From Octopus vulgaris (lineage: Eukaryota): a stretch of 64,000 bases of DNA. Where the stretch lies: NCBI GenBank assembly GCA_951406725.2, contig OX597814.1, positions 82,708,001 to 82,772,000 on the forward strand, in the 5' to 3' direction. The notes beneath the pieces are model-generated. The model worked only from the letters and a program-made list of their open reading frames with translations. It made no database searches and was not told the DNA's origin. Made by a program: the position numbers and the translations under genes. Positions 53,360 through 64,000 of this stretch are shown piece after piece; position 1 is the first letter of the stretch; each line of letters starts with the position of its first letter.

Positions 53360-53540
53360 CACCGGGCGAAAGGCTTAGTGGTATTTCATCTGAGTTCAAA
53401 CTCTACCAAGGTTGACTTTGTCTTTCATCCTTTCAGGGTTGATAAATTAAGTACCAGTTGCATACTGGGATTGATCTAATCAACTGGAACCCCTCCCCCA
53501 AAATTTCAGGCCTTGTGCCTCGAGTAGAAAAGATATAATC
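53360..53540 (+). mobile_element. SINE family B
   Basis: tgagttcaaa...gtctttcatcctttcagggttgataaattaagtaccag core. Confidence 0.8.
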
Positions 53541-53551
53541 TGCCTCTCATT

Positions 53552-53737
<186 letters not shown>

Positions 53738-54699
53738 GTCCCTTTGTTGTTAGTAGAGGTAGTAGCTCACTGAACTTTTTTTCAATCTATTCTTATTATT
53801 CTTATGCTTTTGAAACACTCCTCTCTGCTGCTGACCAAGTTACCAAGGTAGCAGAAGTTATCAACTGTTGCTAAGGAGTCCTCTGAGCATTTGAAATAAT
53901 TTATTTCATAGATACCTTTACTGCTAGCTACTTACATACTACAGATTTGCTACATATGAAGTTTATGAAATTAAAGAAATGATCTTGTAGATATAACAAC
54001 AATAATTGGTTATATGTAATTATTCCTTTCATTTTCTAAATAAATAGAAACTTTCTTCTGATCTGGTTCATAAAATAATGTGATAATTACACAGTGTCTG
54101 GTTTGAGAATACAGATTAAAATAAAAGATTTTAGGCATAGAAAATTTCTGATTTTAGTTTATGAGGTAGGAATGTAAGTAATTATTTGTCTACTTTCTGA
54201 AATCAGTTGGATAATACGTTGTAGAGATGCACATATTACATCTCCTTGTTTTACAAAGTCAATAGAATAATGTGTTGTGGTGTCAAATATGTGCAAGCAA
54301 ATAAAAGACCATCAGAAAAGAAAAAAAAACAGTCAATTGTATGTGTATTTAAATTGGTAGAAATGATTCTGCTGAGTCTAGATCAAGATAAAAGTTAACT
54401 GCTAGCAAGAGAGAATGAAAGGAGAGAGACAAAAGGCCATGGTTGCTCCTAGAATAGAAATCAAAAGTGAGAGACAGACTTTCCTAGTTATGAGTGGAAT
54501 CACTAATTGAAAGAATGTGACAGTTTGGTTCAACATACTCCTAATTCCTGATAGACGATATTTATCAAAAGTGATAGTGTGTTCTGCATAATGTGCCAAG
54601 AAAATAGCTCACAGACCAAAACATTTATGATTAACTAAACTAAACATAAGAATGGGGAAATTAACATGCATGCATGAGTCTGCTATAGAAGTATTTCTT

Positions 54700-55720
54700 C
54701 TCTCAACTCAACTGTGATTCTACATCATCTCTTGTGCACTCACAGTTTACATTGTGCACCATGAAATATTTTTGCCTACTTCTCTTCTACATATCAAACA
54801 TAGCCACTTCTGATGGTAGTAGGGTCCTGTATTCTCTGCCAGCTAAAACTTTTGTCATTGCTAAGTTCACTTTTAAGATCTGTCACTTCTAGGTTCTGTT
54901 GCTATATTTGCAATTTTTTCTGTAATTCCTCAACAGTTATGTGAACTAGCTGTACAACATACACAAGTTCTTACAGACAATCAGACTTAAACACCTTTGT
55001 TATGACACTGAATGTTGAAATAAACTGGAGATGCTGAGAACCACACCCTGATATAAACTCACAAGATAAATTCTGTGTTAAACTCTTTGCTAACTCTCAC
55101 CTTGCTGACAGCATCTCTGAGCCTTAGTTTATCTGAAGGATGTTTCAGCTGTCATTCTTTCTTTCTCCAAATTGTCTTGTGTCTCTGTGTCCATTTAGCT
55201 TTTACTGTGATGACACTATTCATTTGTCTATACTGAGTTGTACATCTTTCTCCAATGAATGGCTTAATATTCCAACCATCCTGTTTGATGGTGAGTATAA
55301 AGTCTATCTGGTCTGTGTGTTTTCATCTGATTGCTAGACGATGTAGTGGCTGACCAGTTTTCTAAAGTTAGTGCTGCAAATGATTATGTTGCTTGTGTTG
55401 TAAGAATTCCAAGTACCTCTTTTATTTGTTGTACCCTATCCATAGCCACCTTGTACACTAAAGTGGCCATCAGTGTTGTGCAAGATATCCATTAAAGGCC
55501 TTGGCTATGGTTACTAGGTTGCTGTTATTTGTTATCAATGTAATCTGTGGGAGGTCCTCATAAAAATGGTTCTGTTGCTCATTTGTAAATCTTAATTAAG
55601 ATGCATATTCAGAGATTACTGTAGCTGTTGAGTTGCCTGTTATTAGTTTAAGCTTAATTGTTATGACTACCTCAGTTACTTTATCTGTTTTCTGCTAACA
55701 ATATGCTTACTCCCCATCTC
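54700..55720 (-). mobile_element. Highly decayed LINE (RTE-like) remnant
   Basis: Minus strand DQIDFIL (APE end) near 55290, a degenerate GDFN-like segment near 55465 and a QG..S..LFNI-like segment near 55030. Confidence 0.45.
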
Positions 55721-56528
55721 AACACTGCCGCCCACCCAGTAGAATTTCTATTTATGAGTCTTGCCTGTAAGGTGCTTAGTTGAGACTCCCTTCCATCTTA
55801 ATTCTTTTACAGGACACACATCTATTCACATATGCTGTAGTATCTCCACACATGCTCCAGGCCTTCTTTTCTTTATACCAATTTTGATTGTGGCAGCTCT
55901 AAGGTTTTCTACTTGAGAGAAAGAGGAGAGTTGCTGATGGTGGGTGAGTTGGTGAGGTTGTTTCATGTTCATTATCTGTATCTGAAAGGAAAAGAGTTGG
56001 TTTTATACAAAAAGTAATTTTCTTGGGTTGACATTTAAATTACAAGAAAAAAAAAAATGAATATTTTGACTTCTTTGCAAAGAATATTTACAATTTTACA
56101 AATATCTCTAATCTGGTCTCGATGGATATGATATTGAAATATAAACTTACGGTTTGTGTGTTCATACTCATGGAAAACATTTCTTTCTGGTTCTCTTGGT
56201 GAGATACTAAATTCTACAAGTTCTGGTTCACTTAGTTATCTGAAATTGAAACAAGAAAGATTATTGGGTCTAGTAAAGAAATATCCTATTGGTGTCTAGT
56301 AAAAAAATATCCTTCACAGCTATGTTGCTTTTGGTCTTCTCCTTCTGTGTAGCATGGCATTTTGGCAAGTGTCTTCTGCCATAGTTGATTAATTTCATAG
56401 AGAAATTTTGCTGACAGAAACTATACAGAAGATGTGTGTGTGTGTGTGTGTGTGTTTATAATTTTATTTGCTTCAAGATCCACTCTTCTAAAAAGTTCTC
56501 TCAAAGTTTATAAATTCTGTGAAACCAG

Positions 56529-56568
<40 letters not shown>

Positions 56569-56734
56569 TTTTATTCTTTTATATGTTTCAGCCCTAAGGC
56601 TGTGGCCAGCAATTCTTTAACAAGAGCAGCATTGAATATTCTTATGAAAGAATAATAAATTTTTACACTAAAAATGTATTGAGTAATCCTTCAGTTTAAC
56701 GTAAAATTATTTTTTCATTATAACTTAACATATG

Positions 56735-56950
56735 GTGGTGAACAGGCAAAATTGTTAACATATGAGGCAAAATGTTTAGTGACATTTTGTTGATCTTCAG
56801 GTGCTGTGTTCAAATGCTGCTGAGATCAACTTTGCCTTTCATTTTTTCAGAGTAAATGAAATCAGTACCTGTTATGCACAGGGGTCGATGTAATTGACTT
56901 ATGCCACCTACCAAAATTTCAAGGCCTTGTACCTATAGAAGAAAGGATTA
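56735..56950 (+). mobile_element. SINE family B
   Basis: Family B core and tail aaatttcaaggccttgtacctatagaagaaagg. Confidence 0.75.
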
Positions 56951-56976
56951 TAACTTAGCATAAGAGCAAACCTTGA

Positions 56977-57008
<32 letters not shown>

Positions 57009-57489
57009 CAAACTTTAGCTATCCCACACATGTGAATATAATCTGGTAGTATGTATTATATTTTCACTAATTGTGCCTGTGTAGTTGTGAATAGACTTGC
57101 ACAGTTTCTCAGCCCCTTCACTCTTTACCCAGTAGATCATTGGGAATGTGACATTTGGAGTGATAGGAGGCTGTATCAGGCTTCTCAGTACTCTGCTAGG
57201 TAGACTAAAGTACTGTGAAATGGAATGCCTTGCTCAAGGACAAATGTTTTCTGAGAATTCCAAAAATAAAAAATCTATGAGGGGTTATATGGGGGTATTT
57301 AAACCAGAATTCTACCCCTACCTTTATTCACCAATGCTCTAAATGAACTTGGTAACTATGAAACACTATCCTCTCTCTGTATCATAATACAATGCTTTTA
57401 GCTTCTCTGAGCTTACTGCTTGGACACCACATTCTTCACCCTTCTCTTTCTACCATGCAGCTACTCTTATTGTGTCTCATATTAGATAG

Positions 57490-57720
57490 ATCTATGGTTC
57501 TCAACCATTTTTTACTTCTGAACTCCCCGAGATTCCTATTGTACTTGGATGGACACTTGTAGCCATTTCATGTTTGAAAAATCCTGTTATTTTTTATAAA
57601 TAAATATTATCAGAAATTGTATAAAAACTCAAGAATATTTTGTGTATTGTAGAATTATAACTAGTTTATTGAACATAAATTTTAACAACAAAATCTTATG
57701 TGGAGCATCAAGGGTCATAT
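57490..57720. mobile_element. hAT-like MITE, same family as 2421-3202
   Basis: atggttctcaacc start; colinear with the two halves at 2421-2560 and 3115-3202. Confidence 0.55.
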
Positions 57721-58153
57721 GATTTAGACTCTATGAGAAGAATGTTCTTCTGAATATTCCTTTCAAAAAACAACTCTGTTTTCCCCACACATTTCTTCTT
57801 TATACTAGAAGATGGTAACAGAAGTCGACTTGTTGTGCATAATGTATCAATATTACTGAAGGTCAGATATGCACACACACACACATGCACACACACACAC
57901 ACATGCACACACACACACACATGCACACACACACAGACACACAAACACACACACACATACACCTGTTTGTGTATGTACATGTATACATACATACACACAC
58001 ACATATATATACATACAAATAAATACACACAGACACACACACATACACCTGTATATGTATGTGTTTATATATATTCAAATTCAAAATAGCTGACGACTAG
58101 CATTATACTTGAAACTCAAGAGTACCAACGAATTTAAATCAAACTGTTTTGAT

Positions 58154-58192
<39 letters not shown>

Positions 58193-58194
58193 TA

Positions 58195-58467
58195 TATATG
58201 AGCCAAAGGTCAAGGTAGAAAATGCTAAAATTTCTTATCAGCGCTAGTGGAAAACATTTCAGTCATATACCAGTTTTAGTCATTGAGACTTTATCAACTC
58301 TAAGTATAGCCAAAACAATTAAATTTTGGAAAAATTAAATGAAAAGTTTAACCAAAAAGAATATAATTCCGCATAGTATTCAAATTACAAGGAGCATTTT
58401 CCTTGTTTCTGCCTGGCTCTGTTTACTCTTGTGGGTTCGAGGTCTTTGTTGAATTTTGCAGAGAATA

Positions 58468-58517
<50 letters not shown>

Positions 58518-59059
58518 AAGAATAATAAAAGAATGCTGGAATAGTATGATAGTAGTAGGATGTTAAATGGTCAAGTGCCCTGAAAGTGACTTGTGGATGG
58601 TAAAATTTTCAAATCATGAGAAATCCGCAAATTTGAATGTATTGTTTTAATATTTGTGTGGGTGTTCCATTACTATCAACAGCAATAGTACTAAATTAAG
58701 GAAGGAGGTGGTGGAGAGGAAGAAGAATTTTTTGACAAAGAAGAAGGCCTAGGAGAAGGAAAGAAGAGAAAGAATACCATTTATAAGTTCAACAAGAATG
58801 TGGGAGTGGTATGATAGTAGTAGGATGTTAAATGGTCAAGTGACCTAAAAGTGAAACGTTGTCCGATAAATAGTAGTGATTGGGACTGTTTTTAATGAAT
58901 TCTTGGGTATACTGTTTGAATGGTAAATCATTTTTAATATTTGCATGTGTGTTATTCTAAGGTTGTGAACGGATACAGATATTTGTTCACGTAGATGCGC
59001 TCAAAAGAGCTCTGTATTTTCTGATAAAGAAAATTTTACTAATTCATTGGCTACAGGTT
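58195..59059 (-). repeat. Noisy duplicate of the PLE 3' end (60160-60960) interleaved with fragments of the adjacent 491-bp unit; probable assembly chimera
   Basis: Colinear with 60160-60960, but the inserted short segments match the antisense 491-bp unit in order. Confidence 0.75.
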
Positions 59060-59361
59060 GCGCCAAATTTATCGGCAGCAAATAAATATAAGCCGCCGAT
59101 TCCATTACGGAATCAACCAGAAAATTCATAATTAATCAATATAGGGTGGCAAAAAAAATTTTGTAGAATTTTTTTTGCCACCAGCGGCCTAGTGGGAAAA
59201 AATTAAATAGTCATATACCATTTATAAGTTCAACATCACAATCAAGGAACGGCCATAATAGGCCATTCACCCATTAGAAATAACATTTGAAAATTTTAGG
59301 TCAGATATTGCCGAGGCAGGGACGGAAATGCCTCGTGAAAATATCTGTTCCGTTCTGGCTA

Positions 59362-59466
59362 TTTCTTACTGAGGAATCTAAGGGCCTATGGAAGATTGGC
59401 TTGATTTAATTTAATCAGGTTAGTTTACCATTAAACAGTAGATGAAACGGTGCATCGTATAAGAAA
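59362..59466 (+). ncRNA. Type I hammerhead ribozyme, copy 1 (intact core)
   Basis: Stem I tttctta/taagaaa, CTGAGGA 59369-75, stem II atcta/tagat enclosing a 58-nt insert, GAAA 59444-47, near-palindromic stem III CGGTGCATCG, GTA 59457-59. Confidence 0.88.
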
Positions 59467-59852
59467 TTACAGGGTAAATGTTTTTTTAATTTTCTCCTGG
59501 TTTACGGAATTAATGTTATTTTGCGGTTAAAGCTTTGGGTGTTATTTCTAGTGGGTGAATGGCCTATTATGGCCGTTCCTTGATTGTGATGTTGAACTTA
59601 TAAATGGTATATGACTATTTAATTTTTTTCCCACTAGCCGCTGGTGGCAAAAAAATTCTACAAAATTTTTTTTTGCCACCCTATATTGATTAATTATGAA
59701 TTTTCTGGTTGATTCCGTAATGGAATCGGCGGCTTATATTTATTTGCTGCCGATAAATTTGGCGCGAGTGCGATGATTTGAAAATTTTAGGTCAGATATT
59801 GCCGAGGCAGGGACGGAAATGCCTCGTGAAAATATCTGTTCCGTTCTGGCTA

Positions 59853-59957
59853 TTTCTTACTGAGGAATCTAAGGGCCTATGGAAGATTGGCTTGATTTAA
59901 TTTAATCAGGTTAGTTTACCATTAAACAGTAGATGAAACGGTGCATCGTATAAGAAA
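59853..59957 (+). ncRNA. Type I hammerhead ribozyme, copy 2 (identical)
   Basis: CTGAGGA 59860-66, GAAA 59935-38, GTA 59948-50. Exactly 491 nt from copy 1. Confidence 0.88.
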
Positions 59958-60076
59958 TTACAGGGTAAATGTTTTTTTAATTTTCTCCTGGTTTACGGAA
60001 TTAATGTTATTTTGCGGTTAAAGCTTTGGCTGTTATTTCTAGTGGGTGAATGGCCTATTATGGCCGTTCCTTGATT

Positions 60077-60080
<4 letters not shown>

Positions 60081-60160
<80 letters not shown>
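60081..60160. repeat. (TA)n microsatellite
   Basis: Direct reading of the sequence. Confidence 0.98.
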
Positions 60161-60161
<1 letters not shown>

Positions 60162-60410
60162 GAGCCAAAGGTCAAGGTAGAAAATGCTAAAATAATCTTA
60201 TCATAGAAAACATTTCAGTACCAGTTTTAGTCATTGAGACTTTATCAACTCTAAGTATAGAAAACAATTAAATTTTGGAAAAATTAAATGAAAAGTTTTT
60301 TAAAAGAATATTTGCATAGTATTCAAATACAAGGAGCATTTTCCTTGTTTCTGCCTGGCTCTGTTTACTCTTGTGGGTTCGAGGTCTTTGTGAATTCTTG
60401 GCAGAGAATA

Positions 60411-60442
<32 letters not shown>

Positions 60443-62580
60443 TAATGATGGAAAGATAAAAGAATGCTGGAATAGTATGATAGTAGTAGGATGTTAAATG
60501 GTCAAGTGCCCTGAAAGTGACTTGTGGATGGTAGTAGTGATTGAATTCTTGAGAAATCTCTTTTGAATGTATTGTTTTTAATATTTGTGTGGGTGTTATT
60601 CTAAACAGCAATAGTACTAAAGTAAGGAAGGAGGTGGTGGAGAGGAAGAAGAAGACAAAGAAGAAGGAGGAGAAGGAGAAGAAGAGAAAGAATAATAATA
60701 AAAGAATGTGGGAGTGGTATGATAGTAGTAGGATGTTAAATGGTCAAGTGACCTAAAAGTGAAACGTTGTGGATTATAGTAGTGATTGGGACTGTTTTTA
60801 ATGAATTCTTGGGTATCTGTTTTGAACGTATCATTTTTAATATTTGCATGTGTGTTATTCTAAGGTTGTGGTGGATATGTCATTTGTTGTAGATGCGCTC
60901 AAAAGAGCTCTGTATTTTGTGATAAAGAACGACTCTTTACTAATTCATTGGCTACAGGTTGTATCGTCCCTGAATTGATAGAGGGGAAAAATTTTGAAGC
61001 TTGGTTTTTTGTTATTGACGCAAATGTCGATGTGTTGGTTGAATGCTATTTTTCTGTTTTTTTTTAATTTTGATCTGGGATCTGTGCAGAGCCATCCCTT
61101 GATGTAGACTGTTTTTTGTTTGGCCTATGCATTGCTCTTGACACCCAGAGCAGGTTAGTGCATATATATGGTTCTCCAAACCACATATGAAGCTGCTTTT
61201 CACTGTGAAACGTCCCTGTTTGAAGTAGAACTCTGATCCCTCAATTAAATTGACGCATATCCCACAGTTGGGTCTTCCACATTTTTTACTGACAGCTTCA
61301 GTGTTGTTAAGCATATTTGGGCTTGTGTTAGAAGACTTTTCATAGATTTGGACTGTCTCTTGCTTTTTATGATGGTGTGTGTTTGAAGGATTAAGTTCAT
61401 TCTCTGGTCCTTTTTTAGCAGGGGAATGTTTTGAAGGATGGTGTTGAAGGCTTCCTTGTTAAGAGGGGTGTGTGTAGAGATGTATGGTAGGGTTTTTGGT
61501 TGTAAATCCTTCTATAATGTTGAGTTGTAGGGCATGTTGAAAGCATATGTCAGTTAGTGAAGGTGGGTAGTTACTGGTGATGAATGTATCCTTTAGTTCA
61601 TGTAGTCATGTCCTGGTGCTTGCATTAGGAACTATGAAACTATAGTACAGATCCTTTTTGCTAGGTTGAAGGGGATATTCATTCTGGTGTGTCTGGGATG
61701 GCATGAGTTGAATGGTAGATATTGCTTAGAGTCCGTGAGGTTATAGTATATATCTGTTTCTATTACGTTGTTAGATTTCTTAATGAGGATGTCAAGGAAG
61801 GGAAGTTGTTGATGTTTGTATTCCATTGTGAACTGAATGTTTACATCAAGTCCATTTATAAGTGCTTGAAATTCTTTAAGCCTCTCTATACTTTCATGCC
61901 AAAGAATGAAACAGTCATCCAGATATTTCTTCCAGTTATTTTCTATGTAGAGGGAGAATGGGTTGCCGTATTTTTCTAGTACCTTACAATAAAGACCAAT
62001 TTCTAGATATCCATGGAGGGAGCCATTCTTGTACCCATCGCAGTCCCCAATTTTTGTTGATAGAAGTTGTCTTTGAAAATAAAGTAGTTATTCTCCAAGA
62101 TAAATTTTAGCCCATCTATCACGAATTCTTTTTTGATGTGATGCGGGAGTTTGATGGCATAATTCTCTAGCCAGAATTGAATTGCCTCTATTCCTAGGCT
62201 GTGGAGGATATTGGAATAGAGATTGACTACATCTGGAATAGAGATTGACTACATCGAAGGATACTAGTAGGGTGTTTTTGTTTATTGTTTCAGGAAGGTG
62301 ATTGAGCATATCCAGGTTGTCCCTTATGTAGCTTTTGACATGCTTGAGGAATGGTTTTAAGAGGGTATCTAAAAGGTTACTGAGGTGGTGGGTTTTGCAT
62401 GTGGGACCTGCTATTATAGGTTTTAATTTGAGGTCACTAAGAGTAGGGATTTTGATTATCATGTCTATGGCTTTCCTGCATGTGTTACTTATTTTCTCAT
62501 GCAGGGTGCAATGGGTGAATTGTCGCCATTTTATATTTTTAATTTCGTACATACGCATTGTTTGTTTTTGATTTTGTTGA
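60161..62580 (-). mobile_element. Decayed Penelope-like element (RT and GIY-YIG pseudogene plus 3' region)
   Basis: KPIIAGPTC, LVSFDVVNLYS, GTAMGTRMAP, WKKYLDDCFI, LPFLDILI, SCHPRHTRMNIPF, CGRPNCGIC, HIYALTCSGC..IGQT. Frameshifted. HHR remnant at 60217-60250. Confidence 0.92.
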
Positions 62581-62599
62581 CTACACAGTATAGTAGGGT

Positions 62600-63410
62600 C
62601 AGTTGGGCATTGTCTGTGAGAAAAATACCACCATGATGCAATTCACTGCCAGAAATTTGGAAACGAAATGCTGTACTACTTGGAATTCATGTGAGAAGCT
62701 CCAATACAAACATTTCCGAGTATTTGGGTGTGAATCTGAGGATAGTGCGATCTGAAGACATGTACCAAGAGTGATAAAAATCAAACATCCAGTCAACATC
62801 ATGGTGTTTGGAGTGATCACTAGTGATGGCGACATTATGCCTCCATTCATCTTCCCACATGTCCTCAGACTTAACACAGAGGCCTACATCAAGTGCCTGG
62901 AGAAGATAGTGCTGCCCTGGGTGATGAGGGTGGCTGCTAGAAGACCTTATGTCTGGCAACAGGACTCTGCCCCATGCCACACATGCGAAAGAACCTAGTG
63001 ATGGCGATCAGACAATTTCTGCGACCACACTGCCCCTAACATCTGGTCACCTACCTCCTCAGACTGCAACCCCCTTGATTATTATGCAACCCCCTTGGTT
63101 ATCATTATTATTATTATTGAGCAAGAGACCAATAAAACTCCTTGTAACACCAAAGATGAACTGAAAGCAAGGATTGTGGCAGCATTCATCAATTTAAGCA
63201 AGGAGACTGTCCAGAAGAGTTGCTGGAGATAACGAAGTTGTCTGGTGGCCATGAATGAAACCAATTGTGATTTTATTGAATAAATTTATTCTTTAGTATT
63301 TCAAGATATTTTTATGTAATTTTGGTAAATATACCTGTTAAAATGAGATGCCAGTGTTATTTTCCTTTTGGTGTAATTTAGATGACAGTTTATTCATAGT
63401 AGCCTGAGTG
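62600..63410 (+). mobile_element. Decayed maT-like transposon (DD37D)
   Basis: MVFGVITSDG...YVWQQDSAPCH and DCNPLDYY, with 37 codons between the two aspartates (two of them stops). Confidence 0.85.
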
Positions 63411-63414
63411 TATA

Positions 63415-63421
63415 TATAATG

Positions 63422-63492
<71 letters not shown>
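63415..63492. repeat. (TAA)n microsatellite
   Basis: Direct reading of the sequence. Confidence 0.97.
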
Positions 63493-63493
<1 letters not shown>

Positions 63494-63750
63494 GTGAATA
63501 TGATACCGAACTTACAGAGAAAAATTCAATTTAGTAATACTAAATCAAATTTCCCAAATTTCTATATGGTATGATTTAAGTATATCATTGTTGAATTGTA
63601 ATACGTACACACACATACACACACATGAGGTGAAAAAATATTACTTATTTTCCCTTATATATATATGTATATATGTATGTGTTTGTGAAAGATTATATTA
63701 CTAGTAAATAAGACTTGTTTCTTTGTGTTATACATCTAAAATGTTGTTTT

Positions 63751-63808
<58 letters not shown>

Positions 63809-64000
63809 ACATATATATATACAGATAGATAGATAGATAGATAGATAGATTTAGTCTCTTATATATATATATATAGATTCGGTTTTTGTCCTCTATATTG
63901 AACCAAAATTAAGATAAATGTCATGTTTGTCTTCCTTCTATAATTGTTCTAACTGGATTTCATTCATTTTCTTAGTGACCAATTTAGAAAAAGAAAATGT

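Larger units (their letters stand above)
59060..60080 (+). mobile_element. Retrozyme-like non-coding element: 491-bp tandem unit (about 1.6 copies) preceded by a 226-bp inverted partial copy
   Basis: 59286-59589 repeats at 59777-60080 (period 491). 59060-59285 is the reverse complement of 59540-59765. Two intact HHRs, many hairpins, no ORF. Ends in (TA)n. Confidence 0.8.

Overview
AT-rich eukaryotic genomic DNA, dominated by repeats and most likely intronic or intergenic. The microsatellite density ((TA)n, (CA)n, (TAA)n, (CAT)n, (GA)n) and the SINE families resemble an octopus or other coleoid cephalopod genome; this is an inference. Only one plausible host coding exon was found (10045-10391, +). 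Most listed ORFs are microsatellite or SINE read-throughs. The window holds: several tRNA-derived SINE families; RTE and R4/Dong-like LINE remnants; Tc1/mariner remnants (mariner DD34D-type, DD34E, DD37D); hAT-like, piggyBac-like and unclassified MITEs; and at least four Penelope-like retroelements (PLEs) with GIY-YIG endonuclease. The main finding is a set of type I hammerhead ribozymes (HHRs). At 59060-60080 a non-coding, hairpin-rich 491-bp unit is tandemly repeated, with two identical intact HHRs 491 nt apart, making it a retrozyme/circRNA candidate next to a PLE. About eight further HHR motifs occur, three of them in different repeats with the compensatory U3:A8 core (UUGAUAA). Segment 58195-59059 looks like a chimeric assembly consensus. 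All motifs and coordinates were read by eye, and ends of decayed elements are approximate.
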